Shown: piece after piece, positions 1-10,636 of the stretch
How positions within the stretch are numbered: position 1 is the first letter of the stretch
Layout: the number at the start of each line of letters is the position of its first letter
Assembly: GCA_964016885.1 (NCBI GenBank)
Contig: OZ024742.1
Coordinates: 354,764,001-354,828,000 of the forward strand
From: Eledone cirrhosa
Taxonomy: Eukaryota
DNA length: 64,000 nucleotides
Direction of reading: 5' to 3'
Translations under genes and position numbers: made by a program
The notes under the pieces: model-generated
Told to the model about the DNA's origin: nothing
The model's input: only the letters and a program-made list of their open reading frames with translations
Databases searched by the model: none

Positions 1-209
1 GATTACAGAGTCGATACAGGTCGAACCTTCAGCTGATCAGTGGCGAAACGCGCGTCACCAAACAATAAATGTAATGAAGGATAAACTGATCGTCGTTGTT
101 ATCTTTTCAATATAATACATTCTGTATATCTCTACACTTCGACACAGAAGTTAACCTGAATATCGAGTGCTCACCGGGGTGAACCTCCAGTAACTCCAAG
201 TCACACTTC

Positions 210-211
<2 letters not shown>
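1..211 (+). mobile_element. 3' end of a probable HHR-bearing PLE pLTR/retrozyme-like element, truncated by the window edge
   Basis: C-GAAA-CGCGC-GTC at 44-56 matches the 3' half of a minimal hammerhead with palindromic stem III (ACGCGCGT) and GUC site. AATAAA follows at 64-69 and the segment ends at a (TA)n tract. No canonical CUGANGA box is in the window. Confidence 0.4.

Positions 212-256
<45 letters not shown>
212..256. repeat. (TA)n microsatellite
   Basis: Direct reading. Confidence 0.97.
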
Positions 257-261
<5 letters not shown>

Positions 262-393
262 ATAAATGCTCTGAAATAGCGATATATATGTGAATATAGA
301 CATAGAATATTCGAAAATACTCTGTATGTTTATAATAAACATTTTGAAGACCTAATCGCTATAGAATAGAATACGTCACGTATTACAATTAGA

Positions 394-480
394 TTCTCGA
401 TAAAAGCAAGGGAAGTAATCTACGCGTTTCATTCTTGTTAGAAATCATCAGGACTACATATCCAGTGCTTTTATCGAGAA
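394..480 (-). ncRNA. Type I hammerhead ribozyme, copy 1
   Basis: Minus strand: GTAGTC-CTGATGA-T-TTCT(AACA)AGAA-T-GAAA-CGC-GTA-GATTAC. Stem I is GTAGTC/GATTAC, extended past an internal loop by the perfect 15-bp pairing 394-408/466-480. Stem III is the palindrome ACGCGT; cleavage triplet GUA. Confidence 0.85.
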
Positions 481-703
481 TGACACAGCTAGAGACTTAT
501 AGAATACTTAGCTGTGTACAGGAACTGGTTTGAAAGAGCGGTTGCCGGTCCGGCAGAAATTAGAAATTGGAATAAATGCTCTGAAATAGCGATATATATG
601 TGAATATAGACATAGAATATTCGAAAATACTCTGTATGTTTATAATAAACATTTTGAAGACCTAATCGCTATAGAATAGAATACGTCACGTATTACAATT
701 AGA

Positions 704-790
704 TTCTCGATAAAAGCAAGGGAAGTAATCTACGCGTTTCATTCTTGTTAGAAATCATCAGGACTACATATCCAGTGCTTTTATCGAGAA
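704..790 (-). ncRNA. Type I hammerhead ribozyme, copy 2
   Basis: Same sequence as copy 1, +310 bp. Confidence 0.85.
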
Positions 791-1013
791 TGACACAGCT
801 AGAGACTTATAGAATACTTAGCTGTGTACAGGAACTGGTTTGAAAGAGCGGTTGCCGGTCCGGCAGAAATTAGAAATTGGAATAAATGCTCTGAAATAGC
901 GATATATATGTGAATATAGACATAGAATATTCGAAAATACTCTGTATGTTTATAATAAACATTTTGAAGACCTAATCGCTATAGAATAGAATACGTCACG
1001 TATTACAATTAGA

Positions 1014-1100
1014 TTCTCGATAAAAGCAAGGGAAGTAATCTACGCGTTTCATTCTTGTTAGAAATCATCAGGACTACATATCCAGTGCTTTTATCGAGAA
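1014..1100 (-). ncRNA. Type I hammerhead ribozyme, copy 3
   Basis: Same sequence as copy 1, +620 bp. Confidence 0.85.
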
Positions 1101-1323
1101 TGACACAGCTAGAGACTTATAGAATACTTAGCTGTGTACAGGAACTGGTTTGAAAGAGCGGTTGCCGGTCCGGCAGAAATTAGAAATTGGAATAAATGCT
1201 CTGAAATAGCGATATATATGTGAATATAGACATAGAATATTCGAAAATACTCTGTATGTTTATAATAAACATTTTGAAGACCTAATCGCTATAGAATAGA
1301 ATACGTCACGTATTACAATTAGA

Positions 1324-1410
1324 TTCTCGATAAAAGCAAGGGAAGTAATCTACGCGTTTCATTCTTGTTAGAAATCATCAGGACTACATATCCAGTGCTT
1401 TTATCGAGAA
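1324..1410 (-). ncRNA. Type I hammerhead ribozyme, copy 4
   Basis: Same sequence as copy 1, +930 bp. The array ends exactly at the base of the extended stem I (…TTATCGAGAA, 1410). Confidence 0.85.
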
Positions 1411-1482
1411 GGAAATGTGGTAAGGAACCAGGTGGACCATAACGCACCAAAGTACTCAATACTTGAGGTAGTAGAGTGGGTA

Positions 1483-1601
1483 ATAGGAACCAGTAAGACC
1501 CCGACAGCTGAGCTCAAGCCGTTTCGATGGCTAATTCTGGAGTCCAGAATTAGCCGTCGAAACGGCTTGAGCTCAGCTGTCGGGGTCTTACTGGTTCCTA
1601 T
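1483..1601. repeat. Near-perfect 119-bp palindrome (59-bp arms, centre 1542)
   Basis: ATAGGAACC…CTAATTCTGGA-G-TCCAGAATTAG…GGTTCCTAT, with one mismatch (GATGGC vs GCCGTC). Abuts (TA)n at ~1600-1618. Confidence 0.95.
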
Positions 1602-1630
1602 ATATATATATATATATAACGGCGATGAAT

Positions 1631-2052
1631 TAGTTTTGCGAGATTTTTGATATGAAATCGTGTGTCGAAACAAATATTGTTATACTTGGGGAGGGTCATA
1701 TTTGTATAATATTGCCAGAATTAATAACAGAACACACTCACTGTTTGGTAGGTTTTCGCTTCTGCGTATTTTATATATGTAATTTAATTTATTCGGTCCT
1801 CAATGTTGCCATTGAATGACCAACCAACGATCGAAAATACAGATACAATATAGACACAAACACATATGTATAGTCTATCAAATTTATTTCGTTGCACATC
1901 TGCAACTACCATCAGTGGTGCTATTGTTTCCTCCTGTTGCATTGTATTTTCTACGCCATCTTTATTTAGTCTGTTTATATAAACAGTGAGTGTGTTCTGT
2001 TATTAATTCTGGCAATATTATACAAACATCACCCTCCCCAAGTATAACAATA
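1631..2052 (-). mobile_element. Solo 3' end/pLTR of a Penelope-like element with inverted terminal duplication
   Basis: 1631-1980 is a diverged copy of 7173-7546, the 3' end of the PLE below, sharing the terminus TAGTTTTGCGAG. 1981-2052 is the reverse complement of 1675-1746. A degenerate HHR lies on the minus strand at ~1838-1917. Confidence 0.8.
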
Positions 2053-2138
2053 TATATATATGAGTTTTTATACAGGATGAGTATTTATATAGGAGAAAGG
2101 ATTGAGGACATAGCAGATACTTAAAGATATATGGAAAG

Positions 2139-2260
2139 ATATATATATATATATATATAAGAGATAGTTTGGCGGGGAGAAAGGGAGATGTTGAGAGAGG
2201 GAGAGAGAAATAGAGAGAGAGAGAGCGAGAGAGAGAGAGAGAGAGAGAGATAGAGAGAGG

Positions 2261-2354
<94 letters not shown>
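2139..2354. repeat. (TA)n followed by long (GA)n microsatellite
   Basis: Direct reading. Confidence 0.95.
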
Positions 2355-2357
<3 letters not shown>

Positions 2358-2654
2358 GTACGGGATAGAAATAGGTTTATATAAGGACAGAAGTAAAGAA
2401 ATGGAGAATGAGGTCTGTGTGTAGGTAAAAGAAGGTTGCAAATAGCTATAAATATTCAAACTATTGTTTTACTTAGACAAATGTCTAAAAGGAAAAGAAT
2501 ATATTTCAGTTGAGGAAGGTTAGACAATTGATGTAAATATATTATTGTTCCCACTTGATGTTTTCTGATATTCTTTTTCTTCGAAACCTGCACATATTTA
2601 TCTGCCAACGCACCCACATTGTCTATAATGTATGAAATTGAACGTATGTATTCA

Positions 2655-3264
<610 letters not shown>

Positions 3265-4269
3265 GACACTGAGAGAGCAATAGAAAGGAACATGGCGAGA
3301 GAGAAAGTGGTGAAGACTGACAGTTGAATAGCCAAAATTTTAACAAAATATTTAATTTTACCGATATATTGTGTAAATATCTTTAATTTTAACAATTTTT
3401 CAAATGTAATTTTTCCAATTCTATTATAAATTTTTCTCTTTAATAAAATGCATCTAAATGATTTATATGTAAGTTTAACTTCGGATTACCATAGAAAGAT
3501 ATAAAAATCTATAACAACAAAAACAGATAGCAATAAGAATAACCACTACAATAAAAGCATGTAAAATATAGAATTCTAAAACAATAGGGAATTTATCAAT
3601 ATGATAAAAAATAATTAAAATCAATATACATCATTGCTTATAATAAAACAACAACATTAATAATATCAATAATGTTGAAGAAGAAAGGAATAGAAACATG
3701 TAGGAAAGTTAAATCTGTATTTTAGCTATGATTTATCTCCACATCGTTCTCGATGATTTATTTAAAAAGCTAAATTACAACCATACAGAATGGTACTTTT
3801 ATTTTCTACATAAAACATTTGTTTGTCTTTTCGAATATTTGTGTCATCTTTTATTATTTGTGCCCTCCTCTCTCCACTTTTTAAAATGTGTTTTATCCAT
3901 TTTCCTCTTTTGTTAGCAAATGAAACAGTTTGTATATGGAATCGTAGCAGTGAAAATGGTAGAATACAAATGTTTGTAAATTCCATATTGTAGAAGAGAA
4001 CTTTTAAATATTATATATTTCTACATATGTCCATTCATTTTTATGTACTTTGGATCATATTTAACCCAGCCAAATCCGGCTCTGCTTCTTTGAAATAAAA
4101 CCATCCATTTTCAAGTTTTCCAATTTAAATTAAAATCTTGCAACATACTTTTATATAAGAACCTTATATCAAAGTACGAACTTATGTATAGTAAATCCTT
4201 TCAACGTTCTTCATTACGTCATTGAAATGGGGAGAATGTCATTAGAGATGAGGCCATGAAAGAGTTAAA

Positions 4270-4705
4270 GTCATTGTCCCTCAACGTTACATGTTGCAGA
4301 TTGTTGCAGATATCGTCTCTATCGACTATATCCAGAAAATAGTAGTATATTTGATGAAGTAATTGATAGAACACAGGCTCCTATACTATGGTCATGTGGA
4401 TATAATGTCTCAGGAAAGAATCACTGGACAGATTTTATGGGCAAAACCAGCCGGGAGGAGATCCAGAGCAAAATAGTTGCATAACATCTATGAGCTTGGC
4501 TGGTCTCACTTGGGGATCTGCCATGCCAGTTAGAAAACAGTTGATTCTGAAAGAACACGCTGGAAGGAGTGATTGAAGAATACTTCCCCACGACCCTCTC
4601 AGGAAGAAGGGATGAAAAAGAAAAAAAAAGAAAAAGAAGTGTTTGAGAAGTCTACCACCACGGCCCTCGCAGGAATAAGTGGGCGAAGAAGATGAACAAG
4701 TACAT
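4270..4705 (+). mobile_element. Decayed 3' end(s) of an RTE-like LINE
   Basis: Frame from 4366 reads IEHRLLYYGHVDIMSQERITGQILWAKPAGRRSRAK*LHNIYELGWSHLGI…ERTRWKE*LKN. This resembles the RTE C-terminal RLRWxGHVxRM…GxRxRGRP…W…DRxxWR region and has in-frame stops. It is followed by a (GAA)n tail. Confidence 0.7.
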
Positions 4706-4825
4706 GAAGAAGAAGAAGAAGAAGAAGAAGAAGAAGAAGAAGAAGAAGAAGAAGAAGAAGAAGAAGAAGAAGAAGAAGAAGAAGAAGAAGAAGAAGAAGA
4801 AGAAGAAGAAGAAGAAGAAGAAGAA
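4706..4825 (+). repeat. (GAA)n ~40 copies, likely an expanded RTE 3' tail
   Basis: Direct reading; lies just downstream of the LINE stop codon. Confidence 0.95.
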
Positions 4826-5105
4826 AAAAAGTGTATCAGTAAGTACGAAGGACAAGCCGCACACATACCTATGCTACTGGACCTCGTCGGTTAAAGAGAT
4901 TACACTATACTTCCAAAATAGGGATAGTATTATCACTAATTAGAAGTACAATATAGAACAGGAGGAAATAAAAACATATTAAAATTATAAATCCCATTAA
5001 TTCCTTATGCAATAACATTATGTCTGATAGTAGTATGGATATTTAATATTATGAGCATAGAACATTTACCTAGAGTTTGTTATACAGTGAAAAAAAAAAC
5101 ATTAG

Positions 5106-5678
5106 CTAAAGATTTATAATAATTGTTTCTACATTTGGCACAAGGACAGCAAGTATCCCAGTGTGTTACTGGTACTTTATTTAGGCGAACCCGTAAGGAT
5201 GAAAGGCAAAGTTAACCTCGGCGGGATTTGATGTCAGAATGGCAAGGGCCGTAACTCTGTGCGTCAATGTATGGCGTCCGACCCTCTACCGATACTGCCA
5301 ATCCACCGCCCTAAAGATTTATAATAATTGTTTCTACATTTGGCACAAGGACAGCAAGTATCCCAGTGTATTACTGGTACTTTATTTAGGCGAACCCGTA
5401 AGGATGAAAGGCAAAGTTAACCTCGGCGGGATTTGATGTCAGAATGGCAAGGGCCGTAACTCTGTGCGTCAATGTATGGCGTCCGACCCTCTACCGATAC
5501 TGCCAATCCACCGCCCTAAAGATTTATAATAATTGTTTCTACTTTTGGCACAATGCCAGGAATTATCCAGTGTATTACTGGTACTTAATTTTATCGACCC
5601 CGTAAGGATGAAAAACAAAGTTCACCTCGGCGGGATTTGAACTCAGAATGGAAAGGGCCTAAAGATTGATAATAATGT
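5106..5678 (-). mobile_element. Head-to-tail tandem of a tRNA-derived SINE (205-bp period, ~2.7 copies)
   Basis: CTAAAGATTTATAATAA recurs at 5106, 5311 and 5516. The minus strand starts GGCGGTGGAT-TGGCAGTATCGG (Pol III A-box-like) and has a B-box GAGTTCAAATCC (intact in the third copy). It then reads GCCTTTCATCCTTACGGG…TAAGTACCAG, a central domain recalled as MetaSINE-like. Confidence 0.75.
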
Positions 5679-6103
5679 AGTCATTTCAGCGCTCATTTTA
5701 ACGTAGTCCCAAGAGATATACTACGTAATTTTGTCATACTGTAACTCAGTAGATTGGAATAATTGGCCAATCAAAAATTAGTTATAACTATCTGTACATA
5801 ATAAATGGAGGACTTCGAGACTTTGTCCAGTTTTTTTTTCTTTTTATCCCATTATTGAAATAAGTTGGATTACTTTGAATAAATCCTGAATGAATATTAA
5901 ATAATTTATCTACTAAATGTAGCTCTTAATTAAACATACATATTCTTATATATAATATATTGCTTACTTTTAGATTCACTTCTTTGAAAATTTACAAATG
6001 TCAACATTCCGGTTAGCGTATAATATTTGCATATCATATCAATATGCACACTATACATGCAAACAGAAAACCATCTGAAGGGTGGTTTTCTGCTAGTAAA
6101 TAT

Positions 6104-6235
6104 AATGATTTCTACTATAGACACAAGGCCAGCAATTTGGGGGAGGGGAAAGTAGATTAAATCGACTCCAGTGCATTACTGGTACTTGTTGTCATCGATC
6201 CCGTAAGGATGAAAGACCTAGCTTACTTCGGTGGG
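6104..6235 (-). mobile_element. Diverged fragment of the same SINE superfamily
   Basis: TTTCTACTATAGACACAAGGCCAGCAA…CCAGTGCATTACTGGTACTT…ATCGATCCCGTAAGGATGAAAG matches the 5106-5678 units. Confidence 0.7.
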
Positions 6236-7091
6236 TAATAAAACATGCATGAAATTAATTTACAAATCTTGCGAAAAAAAGCTCGTACAAGATTATTTGC
6301 CAAGTATTCATTACATAAAATCAATGATTCCAGTGATGAATATACCACATTTATTATCAATAGACCTACCACTGCTTACATCCGGTTCCTTTCTATACTT
6401 ACGTTAAACAAGAAGAATAACTGATAGAGGAAGAAATATGTTCATTGTTAACCGAATCGTGAAAACATAAACAGGAATCAGGTAAATAAGGCGGGACTGA
6501 TGAACATGGGGGTTTTCTCACTTGAGATTTAAATGTCACGAGGTTATCTGTTCTATTATATCTATCGTAACCAACTGCCATGCTTTCCATATTTCTTTAC
6601 ACATGTTCTCCAAATAACTCTATTGAGTACCAGGGTTTTTTGCTCTCCTACAATATCTACAACAGTTTCTTCCAGCAGGTTATCAATGTGATTTATATTC
6701 ATTATAACCCTGTTTGTGCATCTATCTTACGGTTCCCACAGAAATAAATCCTTTGCTATCTCGTCATGACGAACAATACTGTGACCTGTTTGTTTCAATT
6801 TCATCTGGCTTATCTTTCTCTAAACTAGTGGAAGCTGCTGATATAGTTCTCTGCTGGTGAGTGTCTAGTTTCAAGAACCATTAAATGTCATGCAGCTGAT
6901 CAACTATAGTCAATAGGGTTTGCCTGTCTCAATTTAAGAAAAAAATCAATAAAATAAATACAAACCGGAATTGTGGCAACTACCAATCACCCAGACTACT
7001 TGCTGCTGTTTCGCAATATTAATTGTGCATAGAATTACCAATTCTTGCTCATCAGTGGCTAATGAATTAGTATCCTAGACACTTCTAAATC

Positions 7092-7097
7092 AATATA

Positions 7098-7173
<76 letters not shown>
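7092..7173. repeat. (TA)n microsatellite flanking the PLE 3' end
   Basis: Direct reading. Confidence 0.95.
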
Positions 7174-7177
<4 letters not shown>

Positions 7178-7387
7178 TTGCGAGGTTTTTTATATGAAAT
7201 CGTGTGTCGAAACAGATATTATTATATTTGGGGAGGGTCATATTTGCGTAATATTGCCAGAATGAATAACAGAACACACTCACTGTTTGGTTTGTTTTCG
7301 CTTCTCGCTGTCTTTTATATATATATATCTGCGATCTAACTTACTCGGTCCTCAATGTTGCCATTGACTGACCGGCGGTCAAAAATA

Positions 7388-7477
7388 ATACAGATTCAAT
7401 ATAGACACAAACACATATATATAGTTTACATAATTTACATAAATCTTTCGTTGCACATCTGCAACATCGTCAGTGGT
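7388..7477 (-). ncRNA. Hammerhead-like motif in the PLE pLTR (partly degenerate, long stem III)
   Basis: Minus strand: CA-CTGACGA-T-GTTGCA(GATG)TGCAAC-GAAA-[~55-nt imperfect hairpin]-ATC-TG. Core boxes and a 6-bp stem II are clear; stems I and III are weak. It is in sense orientation to the ORF, as is known for PLE pLTRs. Confidence 0.55.
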
Positions 7478-7743
7478 GTTATATTCATTGTTCCTCCTGT
7501 TGTGTTGTATGTCTACGCCATTTTTTTTTTGTTCAGTCTGTCTATATATTTATTTATTTATTTGCTTGTTTGTTTATCTTATTTTATTTTGTCTTCTTTG
7601 CGCATGCGTTTGCGTGTGTGTATAGTGTTATGTGTGATGTGTGACTAGGGTGTATAGTGTTGTGTCTGCTGGGTGACTAGTGTGTGTTTATGTGCTTGTG
7701 TATGTATTTATTTATCTTATTTTATTTAATTTTATTTACTTAT

Positions 7744-9195
7744 TTATACTTCTCTTAGGTCAGTGTTGTTTGTTTGGGTGTTGTTGTTGTTCCACTCATT
7801 CTTTCTGTTTAGCTTTGGTCTTCTAATTTCTATTTCACTGGCCTCTCTGATTTGCCTGTCTGCTGGGTCATTCCTATGTTTAGATATTATTCTAATTTCT
7901 ATGTTGTCTATGTTACCGTCATGTTGTTGTCTGGCATGTTCGTATAGTACTGACCCGTTTTTTCGTCCTTTTAGTTCCCCCCAGTGTTGGTCTATCCTTT
8001 CATCTATGCTACGAGCTGTCTCACCTATGTATGTTGTTGTCATGTTTCTGCAAGTACCCTCTGTACATCTTATGCTATAGACTATGTTTCTAGTTTTACA
8101 GTTTATCCGGGGGTTCACCTTACATATGATACATTTCCTATTGGTACAGTGGGTTTTCTTAAAAGGGTAGGTTTTGCTGATCAGGGATTTGATGGTGGTT
8201 CCTGGCTTTTCTACCACCTTTATTTTTAAGTGGGTCTTTCTCAGGGCCTTTCTACACTGGTTAGCTAATTTCCCTCCAGGGGTGGCGTCCACAAACATGA
8301 CACTCTGATATCTCTGGTTGTCGTACCATGATGTGGCCTTCCCTATCTTATGTCTAGCCCTATCTAAGCTATTCCATGATTTGCTCCTGTATAGTGGGCA
8401 AATTCCTTTCATGTCCAGTTCTATGAGGGTCTTATACTTTTCCATGGCTCCTTCGTATACTCTGACTCTGTCTCTTTGGTTGTAGCCAGAGAACTGCATG
8501 CGGTTGATGAAGTGTTGGATGTGTCCTTCTATTTCTGTTGGGTCGCACATGCTGGACACATTCTTCATCACTCGTACCAAATCTGCGATCAGAATATTAA
8601 ACTTAACACTACTGGACATTGCTGAGTTTTTGAGTATCAGGTATTTGGAGGCCATGGGTTTAGCATAGTGTGAGTGGAGAATTTGGGCTCTCTCGTCTAT
8701 AGTGTTAATCCAGAGTTCTGTGTCTAATACAGGTAGTCTATTGTTAGGGTGTTTGGAAGGGAAGTCTATAGTTACAGTTATACTCTGGTGTATGGAATTA
8801 GCTATCTGGTGGATGCTTTCCATCGTGCTACGTTCTAAATCAAACTTGTTAGTGCTCTCTAGTGGGGGTGTTCTTATAACTATATTGATATCGTCTACAT
8901 AACGAGAGTACATGATGAGGTCTATGGAGCTTTCATTAAGGAGATCTTTAAGTCTTCTTTCCCACCATACCATGAAAAGGTTGGCAACATCACCAGCTAT
9001 GCTGACGCCGATGGCTGCTCCCTCATTTTGGGTGTAGATTTTCTCATTGAACTTAAATATGTGGCCCTTTAGGGTAGTTTTGATACTAGCCCCTATTGCA
9101 TGTGCGACCATTTTTCTTACCTGATCAGTGTTTTGGGGGGTCCGTATAGCTTTGGTCCACCCAATCCACCTTCCTATGGGAGTCTTTTTAGCCAT
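7744..9195 (-). CDS. Penelope-like element polyprotein (partial reverse transcriptase + Cys-rich linker + GIY-YIG endonuclease), 483 aa uninterrupted
   Basis: RT motifs YTQNEGAAIG…VANLFM, YSRYVDDI and LPVLD. Linker HCTNRKCIIC…C. Endonuclease NIVYSIRC…YIGETARSIDERIDQH…H…RQIREA…LN. The N-terminal RT motifs are absent (truncation). Confidence 0.92.
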   Translation of the reverse strand: MAKKTPIGRWIGWTKAIRTPQNTDQVRKMVAHAIGASIKTTLKGHIFKFNEKIYTQNEGAAIGVSIAGDVANLFMVWWERRLKDLLNESSIDLIMYSRYVDDINIVIRTPPLESTNKFDLERSTMESIHQIANSIHQSITVTIDFPSKHPNNRLPVLDTELWINTIDERAQILHSHYAKPMASKYLILKNSAMSSSVKFNILIADLVRVMKNVSSMCDPTEIEGHIQHFINRMQFSGYNQRDRVRVYEGAMEKYKTLIELDMKGICPLYRSKSWNSLDRARHKIGKATSWYDNQRYQSVMFVDATPGGKLANQCRKALRKTHLKIKVVEKPGTTIKSLISKTYPFKKTHCTNRKCIICKVNPRINCKTRNIVYSIRCTEGTCRNMTTTYIGETARSIDERIDQHWGELKGRKNGSVLYEHARQQHDGNIDNIEIRIISKHRNDPADRQIREASEIEIRRPKLNRKNEWNNNNTQTNNTDLREV

Positions 9196-9217
9196 TAATC
9201 TGTTATTTTAAGATTTT

Positions 9218-9486
<269 letters not shown>

Positions 9487-9487
9487 A

Positions 9488-10636
9488 GTATACCAAAAAT
9501 GGTCAAGGCAGAATTCTATTAGAAGGAAAACTCTGATATAACACCTGCAACCCTGATGGTATCCAATAATGTTGACTTGTTCTTCTTTTTGGTAAATAAC
9601 ATCTTGGTTAAGAGAGTGGGACAGGCTTTGTGCAGTGCCTTTGCTCACTATAAAAGCTTCACGGCACAGACATTGCTTTATATCTGGATATCTCTCTGCA
9701 CTTGTCGTCACACGGTACCATGGGCCCAGCACTACGTGTCAATAATTGTCACAGGTGTAGTGTTTGTACCAGAGTTTCCAAGTCGCTGGCTGGAATAAAA
9801 AGTCACACTCGTTCAGCGCATCGGTAGCGGTTCTCCTACATGGATATAAAGTAGTGGCCGTACTTGAAAACGAGTTGGCAGCCACCATAGCAAAAATGAT
9901 GCTCAAGTGCAGAAATGCCATAAGGATAGCTTATAACATAGGGCGATGTCTCTTAATAGACAGAAAGAAAATTGCCATCAGCTATGAGGAATTAAACCAA
10001 GTCTATCCCAGATACCGTTTAGATGTTTAACCATTAAACTAATGATCCCTGACAATTTTTTTCCCGCAAGTGTAAATAGATAACTGGTCAAAAGCATCCA
10101 TATGTTAGCAACAGATAGACTGACCGCCAGATATATGTGTGTAAAGAAACATACGGATGTCTATCTGTCAGTTTGTCTGCCTGGTTGCTGACATCTGAAA
10201 GGTGTTGACATGGATCCTTAGCTTAATTTTCCTAGCTTGTATCTGGAAGACAGAGGCGTTAAATTACCTAGAGTGTTCCTTGGCTAATTATTTATTCTGT
10301 CTTTTAAGGGTGTTCACACTATTTTATAAGCTATCTTTATAGTAATTCTGTGTTTCAGCAGACACTTTATACTATATATTTTTATAGTATATATCTAAAA
10401 CTTTTCTCCCTCGGAAAACCCCTAGTTGATGGATGCGAAATCCGAAATATAGGGTCACTTAAATCGCTGCCAGATTAATTCAATCTCATGTTATTATTTT
10501 TACACTTATTCCTACGTTCCTCTACACCCTATACGTCTCATTCTACATTTCCTCTTACATCTCTCTCATTACCATCTGATTATGTTACCCGGCGATTTAA
10601 CCATCTGCATTGTTGAGGCTTCCAAACGACCAATTT

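Larger units (their letters stand above)
256..1410 (-). mobile_element. Tandem array of ~3.7 x 310-bp units, each with a type I hammerhead ribozyme (non-LTR retrozyme-like)
   Basis: TTGGAATAAATGCT recurs at 257, 567, 877 and 1187 (period 310) and units look identical by eye. Each has an HHR on the minus strand. No ORF. Confidence 0.85.
7173..9217 (-). mobile_element. 5'-truncated Penelope-like retroelement inserted in (TA)n
   Basis: RT + GIY-YIG ORF, then a ~570-bp 3'UTR/pLTR with an HHR-like motif. (TA)n tracts lie on both sides (7092-7173, 9218-9270). Confidence 0.9.

Noticed and set aside
1401-1673. Two overlapping antiparallel ORFs with the same peptide
   Set aside because: Artefact of the 1483-1601 palindrome.
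4435-4943. Poly-E/K/S/F ORFs
   Set aside because: These are translations of the (GAA)n tract.
5210-5310. tRNA gene
   Set aside because: A/B-box-like motifs are present but there is no cloverleaf. It is a SINE head.
6560-6880. Possible R2/R4-type RLE retrotransposon remnant (minus strand IVRHDEIAK)
   Set aside because: Only one short motif. The CCHC and PD..D motifs could not be recovered by eye.
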